Shown here piece by piece: positions 57,254-64,000 of a stretch of 64,000 nucleotides of DNA. Source of the stretch: Polyangiaceae bacterium (GTDB lineage: Bacteria; Myxococcota_A; Polyangia; Polyangiales; Polyangiaceae); the NCBI GenBank assembly GCA_965222375.1, contig CBDCTZ010000012.1, positions 704,129 through 768,128 on the forward strand. The letters run 5' to 3'. The notes beneath the pieces were generated by a model, which saw only the letters and a program-made list of their open reading frames with translations, did not search any database and was not told the origin of the DNA. Positions within the stretch are counted from its first letter, which is position 1; each line of letters opens with the position of its first letter. The position numbers and the translations under genes were made by a program.

Positions 57254-58351
57254 TCAGGGCGTGGTCGGGTGCGCGGATTCTGCCGCGTGCGGGTAGCTGC
57301 CGAGGGTTTTCAGGCCGCTCACTTCCTTGCCCAGTGCTGTCAGCGCTTTCACGACGGCTGGGTCCGAAGCGTGCCCATCGAAGTCGGTGAAGAAGACGTA
57401 CTCCCACAGTTCGGAAGGGTGGGGTCGAGACTCGATGCGCGTTAGGTTCAAGCCGGCGCCCTCCAGGTGACCTAGAGCGCGGCGCAGCGCTCCGCGTTCA
57501 TGCTTGAGGGAGAACACGATGCTGGTCTTGTCATGCTGGGTCTTTGGCTGTTCGCCCAGGGCCAGCACGGCAAAGCGAGTTACGTTGACCGCGCGGTCCT
57601 GAATGCTGTCGCGCACGACCGCAAGATTCGAAAGCTCCGCTGCCAATTGGCTGGCGATCGCGGCACCGGCGTCATCTTCTAGTGCAGAGCGGGCGGCTGC
57701 GCTGGTGGACGGGGCAACCACCCATTGGGCTGCGGGTAGGTTCTTGGCCAACCATTGCCGGCACTGGGCTAGCGCTTGGGGGTGAGAGTGAATGCGTTCG
57801 ATACCATCCAGCTCCGGCCGACGTCGCACCAAGCAGTGGGAGATGTCGGTTACCACTTCTCCCCAGATGCGTACCTCTCGGGCAAAGAGTTCGTCGAGGG
57901 TAAAGGTGACGCCTCCCTCGGTGGAATTCTCGATGGGCACGACGCCGTAGCGAGCGTGACCTCGCTCGACGGCGTCGAAGACTGCGGCGATGGTTGCGCA
58001 CTCCACGTAACGTGCGGCGAGGCCAAAGCCGCGCTGAGCAGCCATATGGGTGAACGTGCCCCTCGGTCCAAGGAACGCGATCTCCAGGGAAGTCTGCTGC
58101 GCGAGACAAGCGCTCAAGATCTCCCGATAGATGTTGCGCAACGCCGCTTCTGGAAACCCGGAACTGCCTGAGCGGAGTCGTCGTTCCAGACGCTTCAAGA
58201 GTTGACGCTCGCGCTCGGGGGCGTGGGGAAAAAGTGCCGCGTCAGACTTCGAGCGGCCAATGGCTTTTGCCAGGCGAGCACGCTCAACCAGCAGATCCAC
58301 GATTCGGTCGTCGATGTCGTCGATGCTTCGACGCTGATCCTCGATGCTCAT
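57254..58351 (-). CDS. pheA: Chorismate mutase / prephenate dehydratase (P-protein)
   Basis: R..IDDID..IV.LL.ER, FLGPRGTF, VPIENSTEG, SHPQALAQC, NVTRF, NLTRIESRP, LGSYP. Confidence 0.96.
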   Translation of the reverse strand: MSIEDQRRSIDDIDDRIVDLLVERARLAKAIGRSKSDAALFPHAPERERQLLKRLERRLRSGSSGFPEAALRNIYREILSACLAQQTSLEIAFLGPRGTFTHMAAQRGFGLAARYVECATIAAVFDAVERGHARYGVVPIENSTEGGVTFTLDELFAREVRIWGEVVTDISHCLVRRRPELDGIERIHSHPQALAQCRQWLAKNLPAAQWVVAPSTSAAARSALEDDAGAAIASQLAAELSNLAVVRDSIQDRAVNVTRFAVLALGEQPKTQHDKTSIVFSLKHERGALRRALGHLEGAGLNLTRIESRPHPSELWEYVFFTDFDGHASDPAVVKALTALGKEVSGLKTLGSYPHAAESAHPTTP

Positions 58352-58376
58352 CCTAGCTCGGCTGTACTTGGCGGTC

Positions 58377-58412
58377 CCGGAGGCGCGCGCATATGTCCGA
58401 GCGCGCCTCCGG
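58377..58412. terminator. Perfect 12-bp GC-rich stem-loop between the SCP2 gene and pheA
   Basis: CCGGAGGCGCGC (58377-58388) / GCGCGCCTCCGG (58401-58412); no U-tract, so terminator versus mRNA stabiliser is unresolved. Confidence 0.5.
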
Positions 58413-58427
58413 AACCAGCCTAGGGAC

Positions 58428-58754
58428 TCACTTCAGGACGTCGGTCAGCTTCTGCAGCTTCATGGCCAAGCCCATGTCGCCCTCGATCTTCAGCTTGCCA
58501 CTGAAGAACAGTTGCTGACCGTTGGCCTTGCCCTCGACCATGTCGACGTAGTCGTTGGCTGCCATCTTGATCGTGCACTGGGCATCCCCATCACCTTCGG
58601 AAACGCCGGGGGCGTCCTTCAGGTTCATGACCCAGGTCCCGCCACCGTCGCCGTCTAGCACGAACTTATACACGGCGCCGATACTCTGCGCCGCGTCCTT
58701 GTTTGCTTCGATCTTGGTCGCGGCCTCGTCCATTTTTTCTTTTGCAGTTGTCAT
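58428..58754 (-). CDS. SCP2 sterol/lipid-binding domain protein
   Basis: YKFVLDGDGGGTW, GKANGQQLFFSGKLKIEGDMGLAMKL. Confidence 0.92.
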   Translation of the reverse strand: MTTAKEKMDEAATKIEANKDAAQSIGAVYKFVLDGDGGGTWVMNLKDAPGVSEGDGDAQCTIKMAANDYVDMVEGKANGQQLFFSGKLKIEGDMGLAMKLQKLTDVLK

Positions 58755-58784
58755 TGTTTCTCCTTTGAGTTGCAGATAGTCGAA

Positions 58785-59585
58785 TCAAGTCGAGCTCGCC
58801 GCGGGCGACGAAGCTCCCAGGGGATCGGAAAAAGACGCCACGAAAAGCGCGTGGCGCTCGGTCCAAACATCACGCATCAAGGCGCGCGCGCGCTCGGAAT
58901 CCCGTTCGCCTACCGCAGCGACCACGTCTTGGTAGCTGCTCATGATGGACCCAGGAGAGACCCACAGGCTCTCTAGGTACGGGGTGTACTTTTCAAGTAG
59001 CCGACGGATGCCGTTGAGGAGCAGCTTCGGTACGAGGTTGTTGGCGGCGGCGGCCAGGGCCACATGCAGTTCGAAATCCAGCCAGAGCAGCTTGCTCAAG
59101 ACCGTCTCACGTTTGAGTTTGAGAACAGCAAGCTCCAGGCGCGAGAGGTCTTCTTCACTTCGCCGCTCAGCTGCGAGACCTGCGATTTCGGCGCCGAGCA
59201 CTCGGGCGAACTCCAGCAAGTCTGACAACACCTTCGTATCGACGACACCCTCCGGCGAGACTGCTAGGTACTCGACCACCTCGACGCCAGCATGCTCGCC
59301 ATAGTCCAACACCACCGTGCCGACGCCTGCTCGGCGGGCGATGAGGTGCATTTGCTCGAGCTGGTTCATTGCTTCACGCACCGTGAAGCGATGTACGGAA
59401 AGCTCGCTAGCCAGCGCCGTCTCTGCGGGGATCTTGTCACCGGGGGCAATGGCGCCGGACAAGATCCGCCGCTTGAGCAGTTCAGCAACCTCCGCGGTCC
59501 GCCCGGGTCGGCGGCTCGAGCGTTGCCCCGGCGCGCGAGAGGGCGCTGCGGCAGTCAGGCGGGAGCGGCCACTGGGTTTGCTCAC
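58785..59585 (-). CDS. GntR/FadR family transcriptional regulator
   Basis: ILSGAIAPGDKIPAETALASELSVHRFTVREAM...G.GT.V; FCD-like D.ELH..LA.AA.N. GTG at 59585 preferred over 59618. Confidence 0.9.
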   Translation of the reverse strand: MSKPSGRSRLTAAAPSRAPGQRSSRRPGRTAEVAELLKRRILSGAIAPGDKIPAETALASELSVHRFTVREAMNQLEQMHLIARRAGVGTVVLDYGEHAGVEVVEYLAVSPEGVVDTKVLSDLLEFARVLGAEIAGLAAERRSEEDLSRLELAVLKLKRETVLSKLLWLDFELHVALAAAANNLVPKLLLNGIRRLLEKYTPYLESLWVSPGSIMSSYQDVVAAVGERDSERARALMRDVWTERHALFVASFSDPLGASSPAASST

Positions 59586-59605
59586 GGCCGGGCGTTCTAG
59601 CGACG

Positions 59606-59641
59606 AATTGTCTAACAATCAATGTTAAATGTTGGACAATT
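59606..59641. promoter_or_regulatory. Paired FadR-type operator boxes upstream of the GntR gene
   Basis: AATTGTCTAACA (59606-59617) and TGTTGGACAATT (59630-59641) are inverted copies (11/12); each contains TGT-N3-ACA; AT-rich island. Confidence 0.65.
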
Positions 59642-59730
59642 GCCTGGTTGAGAACAAAAGCTAACAAAGTCAGCCTGTTATGGGCGCTGTTTTGTGGTCC
59701 CTGTCGGCGAGGCCGCCCCAGACGCCAGCG

Positions 59731-61929
59731 CTAGTCCGAACTCGCCTGGCCGAGCTGCCAGAGCAAAAACGCGAAAATATCCGCCTGCTCTTCGGCGATC
59801 ATTCGAGTGGGTTTGCCCTGGCCATGCCCCGCTTCGGTTTCCGTGCGCAGCAGGACCGGCTTGCCTGAGGCGCTCGCGTGCTGGAGTGCGGCGGCCATCT
59901 TTCGAGCGTGCATCGGATCGACTCGCGTGTCGCCTTCAGCCGTCGTGAGCAAGACAGCCGGGTAGGCGGTACCCGATTGAACGTTGTGATACGGAGAATA
60001 CGCCCTGAGCCAGCGGAAGTGTTCGGCGTTGGAGGGCGAGCCGTATTCGGATTCCCAGAGCTTGGCGATCAGAAAACGATCGAATCGAAGCATGTCGGTG
60101 AGCGGCACGCTGCTCACCACCGCGCGGAACAGGTCCGGCCGCTGGGTCGTTGCCGCCGCAGCCAAGAGCCCACCGTTGGATCGGCCATGAGCGGCCAGCG
60201 TCGAACGCGTTGCGATCTCCTTGGCGATTAGAGATTGTGCCACGGCGTAGAAGTCGTCGAAGACGTTTTGCTTCTTGTCGAGCTGTCCTGCTCGGTGCCA
60301 GGCCTCCCCCAACTCACCGCCGCCGCGGAGGTTGGCTTGAACGTATACGCCGCCCGCCTCCAGCCAGGCAATCAGCGTGCGCGAAAACCGCGGTTGGAGG
60401 CTGACGTTGAAGCCGCCGTATCCGTAGAGGAGCGTGGGGTGTGGTCCCTGCTTGGGATCGACGTCCCGGTGGTGTACCAAAAGGTACGGCACCGTGGTGC
60501 CATCGGAACTCTTGGTGCTGCTCGGCTCCGCTACGAACGCATCTGCTGCGAACGGTGCCTTCACTCGCGCGAACTCCGTCGGCTGGCTAGAGCCTTTGTG
60601 GCTTCGGAAGATGATCGGTGCCGTGCCCACGGACTCGAAGTCGAAGAAGAACTCGTCACCGTCCGCGAGCCCCGATGAACCGTTGGAAGTGCCCACCCCG
60701 GGCAAAGCGACGCTGTCGATCCGTCGGCCCCCGAGCTCGTGGCGATCGATGCGCGTGGCGCCTCCGGCCATATAGTGGACAACGAGCTGCCCAGCCACGA
60801 CGTTGAAGTCGCTCAGCACATCCGTGGCGTGTTCGGGGATGACGGTTTTCCAGTTTTCGCGCCCTGGGGTCTTCGGATCGACCGCAAACACGACGTAGCG
60901 CGAAGCACCTTCGTTGCTGCGCATCCAGAGGGTGTCGTTGGTTACCAGTGGATCGTAGACGTGTTTCTTTCCACTCGTGACCTCCACGAAGTCGAGCTTC
61001 TTTGCGCTCGTGTCGGCGATGTACACGGCGCTTTGGCTCCAGCCTTGATGAACCCGCACCACGAGCCAGCGCCCGTTTGACGAAATCGTGCAGCTCGGGA
61101 AGTCCGTCATCGTCTTCGACGCGAAGACCATGGGATCGGCGTCCGGGTTGCGGCCCAGCACGTGCTCATAGATGCGGCGGTGGTACTTCTCCTCGCCTTT
61201 GGGAACGCTGCTAGGAGCCGGAAAGCGCGAGTAGTAGAAGCGTTTCTGCCCGGGTAGAAAACACACGGATGAATAGCGTGCTCTGCTGATTGTGTCTGGC
61301 AGGTCCTTGCCGGAGTTCACGTCGAGGACGCGAAGAGTGCTTTCTTCACTGCCGCCCTCGCTCGTACCGTAGGCAACGAGATCCCCCTCCCAAGATGGCG
61401 TGTACCAGTCGAGGGCGAGCAGTTTCTTCTCGTCTTCCTGATTGGGGTCGAAGAGTACCCGCGCCGCTCCTTTCGTGCCGTCGCGCACCACGAGCACGGG
61501 TTGGTTCTGCGCGCCCTTTCGCTGGGTGTAGAAGTAGCGCATGCCCTTGGTCGTGCGTCGTACCCAAGGCGAGCTCACCTCGCCGATCGTTAGCAGTTCT
61601 TCCAGGCGCTTTTCCAAGGCGCCGCGCGCCGAGATCCGATCGATGACGCCGCGCATGTGTGAGTTCTGGGCTGCGACCCATGCGTCCACTTCTGCGTCGT
61701 TGCTCTTTTCGAGCCAACGGTAAGGGTCGAATACTTGAACGCCGAACTTCTCTTCCACGACGTCTTCGCGGCGAGTTTCGGGGTACGGGGAGGGTTGGGT
61801 CATGAGCAGCACATCCGTGAGGGCAGCACGCGATCTCGGCATCGGCGGTTTCTCCGGGCTCAGGGTTGCAGGAGAGCACGCCGTGGCGATCGTCATGGCG
61901 AGGCAAGCAGCAGCAGCGCGTAACGACAC
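59731..61929 (-). CDS. Prolyl oligopeptidase (S9A), probable lipoprotein
   Basis: DPYRWLE, YGYGGF, NLRGGGE.G..WH, GRSNGGLL, DTRVDP.H, AGHG. Confidence 0.96.
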   Translation of the reverse strand: MSLRAAAACLAMTIATACSPATLSPEKPPMPRSRAALTDVLLMTQPSPYPETRREDVVEEKFGVQVFDPYRWLEKSNDAEVDAWVAAQNSHMRGVIDRISARGALEKRLEELLTIGEVSSPWVRRTTKGMRYFYTQRKGAQNQPVLVVRDGTKGAARVLFDPNQEDEKKLLALDWYTPSWEGDLVAYGTSEGGSEESTLRVLDVNSGKDLPDTISRARYSSVCFLPGQKRFYYSRFPAPSSVPKGEEKYHRRIYEHVLGRNPDADPMVFASKTMTDFPSCTISSNGRWLVVRVHQGWSQSAVYIADTSAKKLDFVEVTSGKKHVYDPLVTNDTLWMRSNEGASRYVVFAVDPKTPGRENWKTVIPEHATDVLSDFNVVAGQLVVHYMAGGATRIDRHELGGRRIDSVALPGVGTSNGSSGLADGDEFFFDFESVGTAPIIFRSHKGSSQPTEFARVKAPFAADAFVAEPSSTKSSDGTTVPYLLVHHRDVDPKQGPHPTLLYGYGGFNVSLQPRFSRTLIAWLEAGGVYVQANLRGGGELGEAWHRAGQLDKKQNVFDDFYAVAQSLIAKEIATRSTLAAHGRSNGGLLAAAATTQRPDLFRAVVSSVPLTDMLRFDRFLIAKLWESEYGSPSNAEHFRWLRAYSPYHNVQSGTAYPAVLLTTAEGDTRVDPMHARKMAAALQHASASGKPVLLRTETEAGHGQGKPTRMIAEEQADIFAFLLWQLGQASSD

Positions 61930-62027
61930 CCGCGCAGAGTACTCCGCGGCGCGGCGCGCGGCGAGACCAACCGCTAATTGGTGGGTGATTTGCGGTTATG
62001 GGGCTGCTCGCGGCAAAATGGGTCGTG

Positions 62028-63183
62028 ATGCTACGCGCACTGCCCACGAACGCCGTTGCTCTGGTGGCTCTGGCCTCGGCGTTGGCCTGCGCGTCGGTGG
62101 AATCCGGTGCACAGGCTCCCGCCGAATCCGGGGGCGGCAGGCCCGGAGTGGCGAAGGTGGTGGCACCAGCACCCCCGCCCAAACCGGCCGCCAAGCACAC
62201 ACGCCCGAAACCTGAGATACGCTGGCTGAAGGGGCAGACTCACGTGCACACGGATCGCTCCCACGATGCCAGTACTCCGCCTGAGCGGGTTCTCGAGTTC
62301 TATGCGTCTCGAGGCTACGACTTCATCTCCCTGACGGATCACAATCGCGTCACCGTGGTTCGGCCTCCGAGGGGAATGCTGCTGCTGCCCGGGGTAGAAC
62401 TCACACAGAACTCAAAGATGTGCCGGCCAAAGCCGACTCCTGGCTATCGCTGCCTGATTCACACGACTGCCCTATTCGTCGACCCCGAAAAGGACCCTGC
62501 GAAAGGGAAGAGAATCCGTTTCCCCCTTTGTCGAGGATCGGCGCGCCGCCTACCTCGCTCAGATGAAGCTCGCTCAAAAGTGGGGGGGCATAAGCGTGCT
62601 CAACCACCCGCTATTCCACTTCGCCGCGAATGCCAGGACCGTGCGTGCTCTTGAGAAGTCGGGCCTGCGCCTGATTGAACTGATCAATGCGGGGCTCGAT
62701 CAGCAACACCCCAAGGGGCGGTCGGCAGCGGAGGATCGTGCAGAGGCACTGTGGGACGATGCGCTCACCGCCGGGGCGCGTGTGTACGCCTTGGCCACGG
62801 ATGATGCGCACCACTTCGACGATGAAGCGGATCGCAAGAAGCTCGGAAAATTCGCGTACACGGGAGACCGAGCATGGGTACACGTGCGCGCGCGCAAGGA
62901 ACCTGGGGACGTTCGGCGCGCGCTGCTTGCGGGTGACTTTTATGCCTCCACGGGCGTGCGTTTGGAAGAAATCGAGGCATCGCAGGACAAGCTGCGGGTC
63001 GTCGTCGCTGAACCCAAGTCCTGCCAGATCCGTTTCATAGGGCCTGGCGGCGAAGAGGTTGGGAAGGGGAGTTGTCCCGAGGCAAGCGTTCGCCCAGCAG
63101 GTAGCGCGTACGTGCGTGCTACGATTGTCGGCGCCGACGGTAAGAAGGCGTGGGTGCAGCCCGTGTTCCGGGACGGCGATTGA
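62028..63183 (+). pseudogene. PHP-domain (CehA/McbA-like) metallohydrolase lipoprotein, split by a single frameshift
   Basis: WLKGQTHVHT..SHD, LTDHN and GVE in the first frame; NHP and TDDAH in the second. Removing one C from the C5 run at 62522-62526 gives continuous RIRFPFVEDRRAAYLAQMKL. May be a sequencing error. Confidence 0.75.
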
Positions 63184-63184
63184 A

Positions 63185-63562
63185 GTGACTCAAAGCGTCT
63201 TCGTGTATGGCTCGTTGTTGCAGGGGCTCGAGCATCACGACCAGATTCAGTGGGCGGGGCCGGCACAAGCGAGCGCCACGGACCGTGGGTACTATTTGGT
63301 GCTCCAAGGGCGGTATCCCGCTCTCGTACGCGGCGGGGCGGGGTGGGTCGTTGGCGAGGTGTATTTCGTCAGCCAGCAGCAGCTGGAGCGTTTGGACGAA
63401 TTCGAGGGTTGTCCGAGCCTCTACCAGCGGGAGCGGATCTCCCTGCAGGACGGGAGTGAAGCCTGGGGCTATTTGATATCCGAGGCGCAGGCCGCCGAGC
63501 TGCCCCGGGTTCCCTCCGGCTGCTGGCGGTCCGCCTCCAAGGGCGCTGACCCGGCCCGCTGA
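63185..63562 (+). CDS. Gamma-glutamylcyclotransferase family protein
   Basis: VFVYGSL..G...H, YPAL, V.GEVY, LDEFEG.P.LY.R. Confidence 0.9.
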   Translation: MTQSVFVYGSLLQGLEHHDQIQWAGPAQASATDRGYYLVLQGRYPALVRGGAGWVVGEVYFVSQQQLERLDEFEGCPSLYQRERISLQDGSEAWGYLISEAQAAELPRVPSGCWRSASKGADPAR

Positions 63563-63589
63563 CGGCCCCTTTGGGTCGGCTCGAAACTC

Positions 63590-63609
63590 CCGGGCTTTTC
63601 GAAGCCCGG
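63590..63609. terminator. 8-bp stem with TTCG loop after the GGCT gene
   Basis: CCGGGCTT-TTCG-AAGCCCGG; no clear U-tract. Confidence 0.4.
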
Positions 63610-63651
63610 TGCTCCAGGGCCATTTATTGGGCCAAAAGCGCCGACCTTGGC

Positions 63652-64000
63652 ATGACAGGGCGCATGCGCAGCGCTCTCCGAGGCCCCTGCGGCCAGCACG
63701 TCATGGGATCTCTTCTTTTCACAGCATGCCTGGCCGTCGCGGCGACGGGCTGCAGCGAAGCCGAGGGGCTGCTCGATGAAAGTGCGGTTGGCGCTGCCAA
63801 GGTCAAACCCGAAAACGGTGGCGTCGGCGTGGAGGAAGAGGACTGGTCGGCGATACCCGTTCCCGCCGCGGACGGCCCGAAGCTGGCCCCGATCTCCTTC
63901 GTGACTCCCGTGTACCCGAAGCCTGATAAGCAGACGAAGCCGACGGGCTATCTGCGCGTCGGTGCCAGAGTCGCAAGGTCGAAGTCTCCGGTGAGCACGC
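63652..64000 (+). CDS. Lipoprotein, 5' part only (possibly an L,D-transpeptidase-type protein)
   Basis: Open frame to the window end; MGSLLFTACLAVAATGC lipobox; TPVYPKPD...GYLRVGA. In-frame starts at 63652, 63664 and 63703. Catalytic domain not visible. Confidence 0.6.
   Translation, partial: MTGRMRSALRGPCGQHVMGSLLFTACLAVAATGCSEAEGLLDESAVGAAKVKPENGGVGVEEEDWSAIPVPAADGPKLAPISFVTPVYPKPDKQTKPTGYLRVGARVARSKSPVST

Overview
High-GC chromosomal segment, most consistent with a Myxococcota (Polyangiales-like) genome. The basis for that call is the Hanks-type Ser/Thr kinases, FHA proteins, a Tgl/PilF-like TPR lipoprotein and many Cys-rich secreted lipoproteins. It carries about 53 intact protein genes, mostly scattered housekeeping and envelope functions (hisF, xerC, hutH, engB, murJ, recO, tsaB, pheA), plus tRNA-Val(CAC) and tRNA-Pro(GGG). 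I found no prophage, IS element, CRISPR array or recognisable defence system. The most notable items are: (1) a doubly degenerate histidine-kinase-like protein next to an intact response regulator, a TerB-like gene and a giant repeat protein with a pseudokinase-like N-terminus; (2) a likely operon of OM beta-barrel, 1223-aa lipase-like lipoprotein, biotin carrier and PLP enzyme; (3) an unannotated ~130-nt rod-like hairpin directly downstream of tRNA-Val; (4) a DTW protein fused to a dead exonuclease-like domain; (5) three decayed loci missed or split by the ORF track (a LysR::SDR deletion chimera, a glutamate dehydrogenase 3' remnant and a frameshifted PHP hydrolase); (6) a paired FadR-type operator. 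All family calls come from motif recognition by eye; no database search was run, and start codons are best estimates.
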